NCBI GenBank assembly: GCA_964415835.1
Contig: CAYQCA010000005.1
Span: 1 to 49,627, forward strand
Reading direction: 5' to 3'
DNA from: an uncultured Clostridium sp.
Lineage (GTDB): Bacteria; Bacillota; Clostridia; Acetivibrionales; DSM-1351
DNA length: 49,627 nt
Position numbers and translations under genes: made by a program. Below, piece by piece: positions 8,589 through 20,446 of the stretch; positions within the stretch are counted from its first letter, which is position 1; each line of letters opens with the position of its first letter. Below the pieces are notes generated by a model. It was not told the origin of the DNA. It saw only the letters and a list, made by a program, of their open reading frames with translations, and ran no database searches.

Positions 8589-10526
8589 TTATCTGGCTCT
8601 TGTTCTTATTTCTTCCACAATTTTATCAACAAAGTCCTGTACTGCCATTGTACCAAGATCTCCGTCTTTTCTTGACCTTACCGAAACTCCGTTGTTTTCC
8701 ATTTCCTTGTCACCAATAACCAGCATATACGGAGTCTTTTCCATCTGAGCTTCTCTTATTTTGTAGCCAATTTTCTCGTTTCTGCTGTCAACTTCCACTC
8801 TAACACCTTTATTTTTCAACATAGCTGCCACTTCATAAGCAAAATCGTGATGTTTTTCAACCAATGGGAGAATTTTTGCCTGAACCGGACTGAGCCAGGT
8901 TGGGAATGCACCCGCATATTTTTCAATCAGCATTGCAAGAGTTCTTTCGTAACATCCGATGGATGTTCTATGAATAACATACGGATGCTTCTTTTCATTA
9001 TTCCTATCAACATAAACCATATTCAGTCTCTCAGCAAGAGCAAAGTCTACTTGTACAGTTATAATAGTATCTTCTTTTCCATGTACATTTTTAAACTGAA
9101 TATCAAGCTTTGGGCCATAGAAAGCAGCTTCACCCTCTGCCTCTTTATAATTAATCTCAAGATGGTCCAGAATAGTTCTCATCTTACCCTGAACATCTTC
9201 CCAATCTTCCTCACTGCCAATATATTTTTCTTTGTTATTAGGATCCCATTTTGAGAATCTATAAGTAACATCATCCTGAATGCCAAGTGTATTCATCATA
9301 AACTTAATCAGATCAACAACGCCTTTGAATTCTTCTTCCAACTGTTCAGGTGTACAAACCAAATGTCCTTCGGAGATGGTAAACTGGCGCACACGTATTA
9401 ATCCGTGCATTTCTCCGGATGACTCATTTCTAAAGAGCGTAGATGTCTCACCATATCTGATTGGCAAATCGCGATAGCTGTGCAGCTTTGCCTTGTAAAT
9501 CATGAACTGGAACGGACAGGTCATTGGTCTTAGGGCCATTACCTCGTCATCTTTTTCCTCATCACCCAATACAAACATTCCATCCTTATAATGCTGCCAG
9601 TGTCCAGAAAGCTTATAAAGATCACTCTTTGCCATAAAAGGAGTTTTTGTCAGAACATAGCCCCTTCTTTCCTCTTCATCTTCAACAAATCTTTGAAGAG
9701 TCTGAACAATCTTTGCCCCCTTTGGCATTAATAAAGGAAGTCCCTGACCAATCTCTTCAACAGTTGTAAATAATTCAAGCTCTCTGCCAAGTTTATTATG
9801 GTCTCTCTTTTTTGCCTCTTCCAGCCTGTTGATATATTCATCCAGCTCGCTCCTCTTAGGGAAAGCTGTTCCATACACTCTCTGTAACATTTTGTTCTTT
9901 TCATTGCCTCTCCAATAAGCGCCGGTTGCACTCATTAGCTTAATTGCCTTGAGTTTTCCAGTGGAAGGTAAATGTGGGCCTGCGCAAAGGTCAACAAAAT
10001 CTCCTTGTTTGTAAAAGGATATTTCTTCACCTTCAGGTAAATCGTTTATCAATTCAACCTTGTAAGGTTCACCTTTCTCTTCCATGAACTTAAGTGCTTC
10101 ATTTCTGGGCAGTGAAAAACGCTCCACAGGAAGATCCTCTTTTATAATTTTCTCCATTTCTTTTTCAAGCTTTTCTAAATCATCAGGAGAAAAATTCTTA
10201 TCAAGATCAAAATCATAGTAAAAGCCGTTTTCAATTGCAGGACCGATAGCCAGCTTTACCATTGGGAAAAGCCTTTTAACAGCTTGTGCTAAAACGTGCG
10301 AAGCAGTATGCCTGTAAGCAAATCTTCCGCCTTCGTCATCAAATGTCAATAGGTTTAGATTACAGTCATCTTCAAGCTTGTAGCTTAAATCTTTTACCTT
10401 TCCGTTCACTTCTCCAGCAAGTGCAACTCTTGCCAGACCTGCACTTATGTTCTCAGCAACTTCTTTTATTGTAATACCGTTCTGATATTCCTTTGAGCTG
10501 CCATCTTTAAGAGTAATTTTAATCAT
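8589..10526 (-). CDS. thrS: Threonine--tRNA ligase
   Basis: TGS domain, RHTASH, DLCAGPH, RDHNKLG, LRPMTCP, AAFYGPKLD; start set to ATG 10526 behind GGAGG. Confidence 0.98.
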   Translation of the reverse strand: MIKITLKDGSSKEYQNGITIKEVAENISAGLARVALAGEVNGKVKDLSYKLEDDCNLNLLTFDDEGGRFAYRHTASHVLAQAVKRLFPMVKLAIGPAIENGFYYDFDLDKNFSPDDLEKLEKEMEKIIKEDLPVERFSLPRNEALKFMEEKGEPYKVELINDLPEGEEISFYKQGDFVDLCAGPHLPSTGKLKAIKLMSATGAYWRGNEKNKMLQRVYGTAFPKRSELDEYINRLEEAKKRDHNKLGRELELFTTVEEIGQGLPLLMPKGAKIVQTLQRFVEDEEERRGYVLTKTPFMAKSDLYKLSGHWQHYKDGMFVLGDEEKDDEVMALRPMTCPFQFMIYKAKLHSYRDLPIRYGETSTLFRNESSGEMHGLIRVRQFTISEGHLVCTPEQLEEEFKGVVDLIKFMMNTLGIQDDVTYRFSKWDPNNKEKYIGSEEDWEDVQGKMRTILDHLEINYKEAEGEAAFYGPKLDIQFKNVHGKEDTIITVQVDFALAERLNMVYVDRNNEKKHPYVIHRTSIGCYERTLAMLIEKYAGAFPTWLSPVQAKILPLVEKHHDFAYEVAAMLKNKGVRVEVDSRNEKIGYKIREAQMEKTPYMLVIGDKEMENNGVSVRSRKDGDLGTMAVQDFVDKIVEEIRTRAR

Positions 10527-10573
10527 AGTATATACCTCCATTAAAATTTTCATTATTTACTTTCAATAAATTT

Positions 10574-10806
10574 AAAAACTCTCGTCCTTATATAAGCTAA
10601 TCATTAACTTATATAAGGACGAGAGTCATTCTCGCGGTTCCACCCTACTTGCTTCTCAATTGTGTACCTACTAATACACTGATTATAACGTAATCAACGA
10701 TAAGGCTCAGAGGTGGTCTTCGGTAAAGTGTAGGTCTGAGTACTTTCAGCTAATGTACTCAATCTCTGATACCTCATTTTTTACTTACTCTTCTCGTCAG
10801 CGCCAT
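10574..10806 (-). ncRNA. T-box riboswitch (Thr, ACC specifier)
   Basis: T-box AGGGTGGAACCGCG at 10633-10646; AGAGA and GCTGA boxes in stem I; GAAG-ACC-A specifier loop; long terminator CTCTCGTCCTTATATAAG / CTTATATAAGGACGAGAG-TTTTT. Confidence 0.93.
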
Positions 10807-10855
10807 TTTTCATATAAATAATAAACACCTTTTATTTATTATATTCTCACAAAAA

Positions 10856-11623
10856 TTAAGTGTCAATACTCTTAACGTAATTTACAAGTTTACCTATTCC
10901 TTCTACTTCAACCTCAATGACATCTCCATCCTTCATTGGGCCAACACCCTCTGGTGTTCCTGTAGTTACAATATCACCTGGTTCCAGAGGAATAACCTTG
11001 GATATAAAGCTGACAAGTTCATACACATTCCATATGTGCATTGATGTATCACCATGCTGCTTTACTTCACCATTCAAGGTTGATTTAACGTCTAGTTTGG
11101 AATAACCAAGATCAGTAACAATATAAGGTCCTATTGGACAGAAAGTCTCATAGTTCTTGCCTCTCGTCCACTGCCCATCCGAATGTTGAATATCCCTTGC
11201 AGTAACGTCGTTCAGGCAGGTAGCTCCAAAAATATATCCTCCGGCCTCGTCAGGTTCCACATTTTTGCAGTGCTTCCCTATAACCACTGCAAACTCTGCC
11301 TCATAATCAACTCTCTGAGATTCTTTGGGCATAATGATTGTATCTCCGTAACCAATAATAGTATGCGGTAATTTAACAAAAATTATTGGATTTTTAGGTA
11401 TATCTCTGCCTGAAAACTCTTTGATATGCTTTACATAATTCAAACCAACAGCTACAACTTTACCGGGTTTACAAGGGGGTAAAATTTTAACATCCGCCAG
11501 TTTATACTTATTTTGTGTAGTGGTTGTGCTTTCAAAAATATTTCCTTGTATTTCAGTTATTGTCTCATCATTTAATATTCCGGATTTTTCATCTCCGTTA
11601 TATAAAAATCTTAAGTACTTCAT
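10856..11623 (-). CDS. Fumarylacetoacetate hydrolase family protein
   Basis: VGLNY, DYEAE, NDVTARD, GKNYETFCPIGP, TGTPEGVG; start set to ATG 11623. Confidence 0.93.
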   Translation of the reverse strand: MKYLRFLYNGDEKSGILNDETITEIQGNIFESTTTTQNKYKLADVKILPPCKPGKVVAVGLNYVKHIKEFSGRDIPKNPIIFVKLPHTIIGYGDTIIMPKESQRVDYEAEFAVVIGKHCKNVEPDEAGGYIFGATCLNDVTARDIQHSDGQWTRGKNYETFCPIGPYIVTDLGYSKLDVKSTLNGEVKQHGDTSMHIWNVYELVSFISKVIPLEPGDIVTTGTPEGVGPMKDGDVIEVEVEGIGKLVNYVKSIDT

Positions 11624-11735
11624 ATAAGCCTCCGTCTTATTTCCCACGATATAAATAAAATATAACATTTAGTGAAATTATAACATAAAAAAGTACAACA
11701 ATATAGTGAAGGATAATTTTCGGGAGGCATTTGAT

Positions 11736-11885
11736 TTGAGAAACACTCGGCTTATTAGACATAAAAGATTCAGACACAGAAAGACTTTTCGATTTACTCT
11801 GTTTGGTTTGTTTTTACCTGCAATATCGGTATTAATCGTATATATACTCATATCTATTTTTGTATTACCTATTTGGATTAAGTGA
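11736..11885 (+). CDS. Small (49 aa) single-pass membrane protein, not in the ORF track
   Basis: GGGAGG RBS 8 nt before TTG; MRNTRLIRHKRFRHRKTFRFTLFGLFLPAISVLIVYILISIFVLPIWIK*. Confidence 0.65.
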   Translation: MRNTRLIRHKRFRHRKTFRFTLFGLFLPAISVLIVYILISIFVLPIWIK

Positions 11886-12057
11886 TTGTTTAAATTGCAT
11901 ATTATTTAAGTTCATTTAATTAAAAAAATCGTCTATAAATGCTATTTGAATAATAGTCCTATAATATTATAATTATATATGAAAATTAAATTATATTTTC
12001 CTCCTTTAAATTATTTTATAGACCGGCCCTCAAAAGCCGGTTTTCTGTTTCTATAAA

Positions 12058-12846
12058 TCAATCGATACATATAAAATCTTTGATTTTGTCATAGGTTTTT
12101 TGTTTTATTCCTGTGATTTTCATAATGTCAGTAAGCTTTTTAAAACCACCGGTTTTTTCCCTGTAGTCAACTATCGCTTTTGCAGTTGCCGGCCCTACAC
12201 TCGGAAGATTTTCAAGTTCAGCTTGTGATGCCTTATTGATATTAACCAGGCTGCTCTTGGTAGAATTGTCCGATGCTTCTCCTTCACCCACTACTGTTCT
12301 CAAGCTGTCATTTATTATGTCAACACCACTGTTCATTGTATTTGTCTCTGACAAACTTGATACTGATGGTTGAACAGATGCCGATGTCTTGCTTTGAGTC
12401 GACTTATTTGTACCTGAAGTGGTTGTGGCTCCTGCAGAAGACTTATTCAGAGATTTTGCTTTTATCCTGAGCATAACATTTTCTTCAAGCTTATACGCCA
12501 GATTGATATTTTCAAGATCAGCATCCTTTGTTGGTCCTCCGGCCATTTTTACGGCATCTTCTATAACCTGGCCTTTTTTAATAGTAACGACGCCCGGCTT
12601 GTTGACGCATCCGGTAACATGTACCTTTATTTCAGGGATCTCTTCTTTAACAGTTTCTTCAGCAGACTGTGATAAGTTTGATTGAATAATTTCAGTACTT
12701 TTTTCAATAACCGTTGGCTCAAATGGCTGATATATCTGTTTTAAAAAGTAACCCAATGCACCTGAAGAAACTATAAGAATAATAATAGCTACCAGAGCGA
12801 CAACCTTGTTGATGCAATATTGCTTTCCAAATAAAGTGAATTCCAA
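12058..12846 (-). CDS. comEA: Competence DNA receptor ComEA
   Basis: N-terminal TM, SLBB domain (VHVTGCVNKPGV), S/T linker, HhH (VNINKAS..LPSVGPATAKAI); AAGGAGG + TTG. Confidence 0.92.
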   Translation of the reverse strand: MEFTLFGKQYCINKVVALVAIIILIVSSGALGYFLKQIYQPFEPTVIEKSTEIIQSNLSQSAEETVKEEIPEIKVHVTGCVNKPGVVTIKKGQVIEDAVKMAGGPTKDADLENINLAYKLEENVMLRIKAKSLNKSSAGATTTSGTNKSTQSKTSASVQPSVSSLSETNTMNSGVDIINDSLRTVVGEGEASDNSTKSSLVNINKASQAELENLPSVGPATAKAIVDYREKTGGFKKLTDIMKITGIKQKTYDKIKDFICID

Positions 12847-13035
12847 GAAAATACCTCCTTGATGTGAAATGAATTTTTTATAAGAAATGAATTAAAAGAA
12901 AAAAGATGTGTTTTAAAATATTATAATACATATACTGGAAACAATCTATCATTTTAAACAATTTTTATAAAAAAGTTTAAAAAAATCGTTTTATGCTTTA
13001 TACTTATTAGGAGACACTTTTACTAAGGAGGAAGT

Positions 13036-14367
13036 ATGAAGAAAGCACTAGTCATATTTATTATTGTTCTAATATTTGCATTTCAAGTTACACCCGCTTT
13101 TTGTTCTTCTGAGGATGGTCTGGATATAGATGCAGCTGCTTACATATTAATGGATGCAAAGACAGGAAGTGTCCTTTATGAATATCAGCCGGATCTTAGG
13201 CTCCGTCCTGCAAGTACTACAAAAATAATGACTGCGCTTGTTGCTCTTAAAAAAGGAGACATGAATCAGATAATGACAGCCAGCAATGAGGCTGTTGTTG
13301 ATATTGGTATCGGAGGAATGAACATTGGAATTATGGCAGGCGAACAAATGAAATTAAGTGATTTGATGCATGCCATATTAATAGCCTCTGCTAATGAGGC
13401 GGCTAATATTATAGCTGAAAACGTATATTCTACACGTGAAGAGTTTGTAGCTGAAATGAATAATATAGCAGTAGAAGTGGGAGCAAAAAACTCTACTTTT
13501 ACCAATCCATGCGGTATTGACGAATATGAAAAAGATGCAAATCACTTTTCAACTGCAAGAGATCTTGCACTAATAGCGAAAGCGTGTTTAACATATGATA
13601 CCTTCAGGGAAATAATAAAAGAACCTCAGCTTAATATGTTGCCCTCCACTAATAAACATGATAAATGGAATGTATTAAATAGTACAAACAAAATGCTTGG
13701 AAAATCATATAATTATGGACCTGATACCGGTGATGACAGAAATCAATTTACAGTTATCGGTATGAAAACCGGTTCTACGATGAGAGCAGGTGCAAACTTT
13801 GTAGGAACTGCAGTTAACAAAGATGGTCTTGAATTAATTTCTGTTATAATGGGTGTTAACAATCAACCAGGAAGAACTGTATTTGATTTTACTGAAACTC
13901 TGCTTCGTGCAGGTTATGAAAACTATTCCTATCAAATGGTGATAGATCGAAATGAAATAATAAAAAATGTGCAGGTTCAGGATGCTTCCGATGATGGTAA
14001 ACTAGACCTTGTTACAAATGGCAAAGTTGAAGCCTTATTGCCCAATGATAAAGAAGAACGGAAAAAGATTAAAGAAGATATAACAATAAAACAAGATTTA
14101 AAGGCTCCAATAAAAAAAGGTGATGTACTGGGCAATATCATTTTTACAAAAGATGATATTATTATAGGTACTGTTGATCTTGTGTCCTCAAGGACCATTG
14201 ATCAGAACTTTAAAGCAAAAACAAAAAGTTTTATTGCAAAAGCAATTAAAACAAGCATTTTCAAGTATATTTTAATAGCTTTAATTGTTATCATCTGCTT
14301 CTTTATATTAAGGATAATACTAAGAACAATATCCAGAAGAAGGAAATATAACAGGAGAAAATATTAA
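13036..14367 (+). CDS. D-alanyl-D-alanine carboxypeptidase (peptidase S11, PBP5-like)
   Basis: Signal peptide, PASTTK (SxxK), SAN (SxN), KTG, PBP5_C domain, C-terminal TM with basic tail. Confidence 0.93.
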   Translation: MKKALVIFIIVLIFAFQVTPAFCSSEDGLDIDAAAYILMDAKTGSVLYEYQPDLRLRPASTTKIMTALVALKKGDMNQIMTASNEAVVDIGIGGMNIGIMAGEQMKLSDLMHAILIASANEAANIIAENVYSTREEFVAEMNNIAVEVGAKNSTFTNPCGIDEYEKDANHFSTARDLALIAKACLTYDTFREIIKEPQLNMLPSTNKHDKWNVLNSTNKMLGKSYNYGPDTGDDRNQFTVIGMKTGSTMRAGANFVGTAVNKDGLELISVIMGVNNQPGRTVFDFTETLLRAGYENYSYQMVIDRNEIIKNVQVQDASDDGKLDLVTNGKVEALLPNDKEERKKIKEDITIKQDLKAPIKKGDVLGNIIFTKDDIIIGTVDLVSSRTIDQNFKAKTKSFIAKAIKTSIFKYILIALIVIICFFILRIILRTISRRRKYNRRKY

Positions 14368-14521
14368 TTTCTCAGCAGTAATATCGCAATTTTCAGGAAG
14401 AAAATAATAAAATTTTCTTCTTTTCATATATTGATTTAATTCCAATATACTTATATTATAGTATATGTTTGGATGTAAAAAATAATAGCCCTATTGAGCT
14501 TAATTTAAAGGAGTGTAATCT

Positions 14522-16240
14522 ATGAGAGCCGAACCGATTTACCAAACCAGGAAAATCAAAGATCTCAAAGATATGATGTTTCAAAGTGAAAAACTTTTTG
14601 GAACAAGAAATGCATATTTAATCAAAGGCAAAAATGGAGAGTATTACGGCAAAACATATACCGAACTTAAAACTGAAATTGATGCTTTAGGAACAGCATT
14701 AATCAATTTAGGTCTCAAAGATAAAAAAATCGCAATTTTATCACAAAACAGAGCTGAATGGTGCACCTCATACTTAACTGTTACCGGTGGAGTAGGGGTT
14801 GTTGTTCCTCTTGATAGAGAACTTCCGTATAATGAAATTGAAAACCTTATTTCGCGGGCCGGAATAAGTGCAATAATATTTTCGTCAAAACATAGAAGTG
14901 ATATGGAGAAGCTTTCCCAAACTTCTGAAATAAAATATTATATTGACATGGATTTAGATGCTGATACCAGCGATAAATTTTTATCATATACCGAATTGAT
15001 TCAAAAGGGAAAAGCTCTTGTAGAGAATGGGGACAGGCATTATCTTGATGCAGTTGTTTCAGCGGATGATATGGTTGCTTTAATATTTACCTCTGGAACT
15101 ACTGATCTTGCAAAGGGAGTTATGCTTTCAAGCAAAAATATTGTTTCAAATGTGATGGCAGTCTGTGCAATGCTTACAATCGATGAAACTGATAGTGCAT
15201 TGTCTATTTTGCCATTGCATCATACATATGAATGTACCGCAGGTTTTCTGGTTATGATGTATAATGGTTGCTGTCTCTCATTTTGCGAAGGACTGAAACA
15301 CATTGTTCCAAATCTGCTGGAGACCAAACCTACCATTTTGATGCTGGTACCTCTTATTCTTGAAAGTATGCATAAAAAAATACTTAAAAATGCAACAAAG
15401 GATCTACCAGGTAAAATTAAGTTTAATGTTGCTATTGGAACAAGCAGTTTCCTTTATAATTTCTTGAAGATTGATATACGTAAAAAAATATTTAAGCAAA
15501 TTCATGATATTTTTGGTGGTAGGGTCAGATTGGTTATTTCCGGTGCTGCGGCTGTAAATCCTGATGTTTCAAATGATTTGTGTGCAATGGGTGTACGTAT
15601 TGTACAGGGTTATGGGTTGACCGAGTGCTCTCCGATAGTTTCGGTAAATAACGACCACGGTGCAAGAAGTGATTCTGCAGGAAAGGCTTTGGCAGGAGTA
15701 GAAATCGCAGTAGAAAATGTTGGTGATGACGGCATAGGAGAATTTGTAATCAGCGGAGATAATGTAATGCTTGGCTACTATGAAAATCCTTTAGCTACCC
15801 GCAAGGTATTGAAAAATGGCCGGCTATATACTGGAGATTTAGGCTACATAGATGATGAAGGATATGTTTATATAACCGGTAGAAAGAAAAATGTTATCGT
15901 TACAAAGAATGGTAAAAACATTTTCCCTGAAGAGGTTGAAGCATATCTTGCAAAGAGTCCTTATGTAAAGGAAAGTCTTGTTTGGGGCAGATTCTATGAG
16001 GAATCCGGTGAGACGGAAGTCAACGCTCAGATTGTTGTTGATATGGACGAGATAAAAGGAAGACTTGGCTTAGCCACAATAACTGAGGAGGAAATTCGTA
16101 AAGTTATTCAGGCTGAGGTTAAAGAAATTAATAAACTTATGCCTCTTTACAAGCGTATAAAGGATTTTACAATCCGCGAAGAGGAATTTGTTAAAACTAC
16201 AACCAAAAAGATAAAGAGATATGTTGAAAATGTAGGGTAA
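14522..16240 (+). CDS. Long-chain fatty acid--CoA ligase (AMP-binding)
   Basis: FTSGTTDLAKG, QGYGLTE, YTGDLG, ITGRKKN. Confidence 0.88.
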   Translation: MRAEPIYQTRKIKDLKDMMFQSEKLFGTRNAYLIKGKNGEYYGKTYTELKTEIDALGTALINLGLKDKKIAILSQNRAEWCTSYLTVTGGVGVVVPLDRELPYNEIENLISRAGISAIIFSSKHRSDMEKLSQTSEIKYYIDMDLDADTSDKFLSYTELIQKGKALVENGDRHYLDAVVSADDMVALIFTSGTTDLAKGVMLSSKNIVSNVMAVCAMLTIDETDSALSILPLHHTYECTAGFLVMMYNGCCLSFCEGLKHIVPNLLETKPTILMLVPLILESMHKKILKNATKDLPGKIKFNVAIGTSSFLYNFLKIDIRKKIFKQIHDIFGGRVRLVISGAAAVNPDVSNDLCAMGVRIVQGYGLTECSPIVSVNNDHGARSDSAGKALAGVEIAVENVGDDGIGEFVISGDNVMLGYYENPLATRKVLKNGRLYTGDLGYIDDEGYVYITGRKKNVIVTKNGKNIFPEEVEAYLAKSPYVKESLVWGRFYEESGETEVNAQIVVDMDEIKGRLGLATITEEEIRKVIQAEVKEINKLMPLYKRIKDFTIREEEFVKTTTKKIKRYVENVG

Positions 16241-16242
16241 GG

Positions 16243-16418
16243 CAGAAGTACAGGAGTATAGGAGTCTTAGGAGTATAGAATAGAACTCAGTATTCAGAAG
16301 TACAGTAGACAGAATATGGTAAAGACCGCTTTTGCGGTCTTTTTTATTTTTTGAAACCTCGGCTTGAAGCCGAGGTTTCATTATTCTGGACTTCTGAACT
16401 CCTGAGTTCTGAATCCTG
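16243..16418. repeat. Degenerate 7-8 nt tandem repeats (CAGRAGT-like) in inverted arrangement around two hairpins
   Basis: Left arm 16243-16315 (cagaagt, caggagt, taggagt...); right arm 16383-16418 is the reverse-complement type (ttctg, actcctg...). Confidence 0.75.
16321..16352 (+). terminator. Terminator after the acyl-CoA ligase
   Basis: AAAGACCGC-TTTT-GCGGTCTTT followed by a T-run. Confidence 0.85.
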
Positions 16419-16420
16419 CT

Positions 16421-18046
<1,626 letters not shown>

Positions 18047-18061
18047 TTACCTCTCTTTTAT

Positions 18062-19420
18062 TTATATTGAAATATTTGCCCATCTTCCTCGTTTAAATCT
18101 TGCCAGGTACATAAAGGACCTGATTGAAAAATCCATTATCAGAGCAATCCATGCTGAGTTAATTCCTGTTTTGAAAAAGTAGTCCAAAGCGAATGTTATA
18201 GATACTCGAAGGCACCAAATACCAACAAAGCTTGTCAGCATTACATAAGCTATATCACCTGCTCCTCTAAGTGCATTGGATATGACCGTCTGAATTGAAA
18301 CAAAAGGCTGAGAAAAGGTGAATATTCGTATTGCCCCCACGCCTATTGAAATAATTGCAGGATCATTTGTATAAATTCGAATAAGCTTGTCTGCAAAAAT
18401 AAAAAGCAATGAAGATATAACTACTGTTATCATCAGGCATATTTTGATTGTTTGCCAACCGCTTTTTTTCGCCAGATCTACTCTTTTGGCACCTAAACAC
18501 TGCCCTATCATCGTAACTGCCGAAATACCAAAACCAAATATAGGAACAAAGCATATGGAGTTAATAGACATTACAATCTGATAAACTGCAGAGGCATTTG
18601 TACCCATCCTCGAAATAACAATCTGCAGCACAAGAAATCCTCCCTGCATGATTAATTGTTCGAGCGAAGCAGGAATTCCTACGTGTAATATTCTTTTCAG
18701 CAAAGGATAATCAATTTTAAATCTGCCTTTTAAGCTAAACGACAATTGTACTGCTTTATTTAATACAATATATAAGCCTAAAACTCCTCCGATACCTCTT
18801 GATATGGCAACAGCTATTGCTGCACCTTTTACACCCATCGCCTCAATTGAAAAATTGCCGATATGGATACCATATATCAAAACATAGCTTAAACCAACGT
18901 TTACTATATTTACTATATTTGCAATTACCATTGGTGTCTTTGTATCCCCGGCACCTCTTAAAGATCCGCTGATAATAATATGTGCAAACATTAGTGGCAT
19001 GGTAATAAGCGTTATCTTAAAATACTCTGTTGCAATATCAATAACAGCTTTTTCGGCATTACTAAAAAAACCGGTTATAATTTGTGGTGCAAATACGTAT
19101 AAAAGTATTGCCAATACTGTAAATACTGATGTTCCAATAATTACACTTTGCTTAATAGCCATTTTAGCATTATCAACATCACCCTCGCCCATCAATCTGG
19201 CAATTATAACTGTACAGCCTGTTGATAAGGCTACAAAAAATACTTGAATAAACCCAAACAAAGAATTTATAAAGCCAACTGCTGTAACTGCTTCGTTACT
19301 TAAATGTCCGACAAAAGCCAATGATACTACGCCTACAATCATAAACAACATTTGTTCAACAACTGCAGGAATAGCTATTTTAAATATACTTTTGTTAATA
19401 TTTTTTTCATCTATGACCAT
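18062..19420 (-). CDS. MATE family efflux transporter
   Basis: About 12 TM; LRGAGDT..PM, MGVKGAAIA, second LRGAGD repeat. Confidence 0.92.
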   Translation of the reverse strand: MVIDEKNINKSIFKIAIPAVVEQMLFMIVGVVSLAFVGHLSNEAVTAVGFINSLFGFIQVFFVALSTGCTVIIARLMGEGDVDNAKMAIKQSVIIGTSVFTVLAILLYVFAPQIITGFFSNAEKAVIDIATEYFKITLITMPLMFAHIIISGSLRGAGDTKTPMVIANIVNIVNVGLSYVLIYGIHIGNFSIEAMGVKGAAIAVAISRGIGGVLGLYIVLNKAVQLSFSLKGRFKIDYPLLKRILHVGIPASLEQLIMQGGFLVLQIVISRMGTNASAVYQIVMSINSICFVPIFGFGISAVTMIGQCLGAKRVDLAKKSGWQTIKICLMITVVISSLLFIFADKLIRIYTNDPAIISIGVGAIRIFTFSQPFVSIQTVISNALRGAGDIAYVMLTSFVGIWCLRVSITFALDYFFKTGINSAWIALIMDFSIRSFMYLARFKRGRWANISI

Positions 19421-19426
19421 TTTTAC

Positions 19427-19768
19427 TTATCTGATACTAGTCATTTCCCCATCAGACCATAACCTTTCTAAATTGTAAAACCCTCTGTCTTCCTGGTGGA
19501 AAACATGGACAACTACGTCTGCATAGTCCAGCAATATCCATTTTGCGGTATCATAGCCTTCTTTATGATATGCCTCAAGTCCCATTTCTGCCAGCTTAAA
19601 ATCTATTTCGTCAGCAATTGCCTTTATGTGGGTAGTTGAAGTGCCGCTGCAAATTACAAAGTAATCTGCAATTATAGTAATATTGTGAATATCAATGACG
19701 TTTATGTCCTTAGCTTTTTTATCTTCCATTGCTGCAACTATTTTATTGACTAAAATCTCCAAATCCAA
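19427..19768 (-). CDS. rsfS: Ribosome silencing factor
   Basis: DKKAKDI, ADYFVICSG, WILLDYADVVVHVF, YNLERLW. Confidence 0.96.
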   Translation of the reverse strand: MDLEILVNKIVAAMEDKKAKDINVIDIHNITIIADYFVICSGTSTTHIKAIADEIDFKLAEMGLEAYHKEGYDTAKWILLDYADVVVHVFHQEDRGFYNLERLWSDGEMTSIR

Positions 19769-19910
19769 TATTTAGCACCTCGTCCTTGATGTAATTAATT
19801 TTAATAAATTATGTCTGTCCAAATGCACAGACTCGATTATTATAGCACTTCTTATAAAACATTTCAATTTAATATATCGCCTTTGCCGAAGTGAGATATC
19901 TCCCTAACAG

Positions 19911-20432
19911 CTATGGGTTAAAGTCACTTCCAATAATAATTGTTATGTCAAATCTCGATTCCGGCTGAAGTTCTTCTTTTACAACTGATATTTTAAGCAT
20001 ATCGCTTATAGCATCAGTCTTTGCCCCTGCTTTTCTTATAATTATCTGAGACGTCCCCTGTGTACTGTCTGTCTGGGTAGCTGCACTAACCTTATAGCCC
20101 TGGGCCTCAAGCATACCCCGGGTTTCCTCAGCCAAACCGCTTTTGTCCGTACAATTTATTACTTCGATAATTAATTTTTCATTGTTTACCGTTGAAACGG
20201 CAGGTGTCTCCTTGGCTGGCTCAGGGTCTTTCTTAGTTGGGGTTGTTGCTTTTGTATCCTTCGTTGAAGAACTGGCAGCTGTCTGTACCTTTTGTGGCTG
20301 TTTTTTAACCTCAACAACAGGCTTGTCAAATACCCCCGAATCTCTGACAAAATTAGCTCCTACTATAATTGATGAAAATAGTAGCAAAAATGTTCCTACT
20401 ACATAAAATCCTATTTTTAAAAATTTATTCAT
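19911..20432 (-). CDS. LytR C-terminal domain membrane protein
   Basis: N-terminal TM, low-complexity linker, IEVINCT..SGLA ... DITIIIGSDF; start set to ATG 20432. Confidence 0.8.
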   Translation of the reverse strand: MNKFLKIGFYVVGTFLLLFSSIIVGANFVRDSGVFDKPVVEVKKQPQKVQTAASSSTKDTKATTPTKKDPEPAKETPAVSTVNNEKLIIEVINCTDKSGLAEETRGMLEAQGYKVSAATQTDSTQGTSQIIIRKAGAKTDAISDMLKISVVKEELQPESRFDITIIIGSDFNP

Positions 20433-20446
20433 TATTACCTCACTTT

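Noticed and set aside
16243-16418. Possible CRISPR array
   Set aside because: Units are 7-8 nt with no spacers, and there are no cas genes in the window
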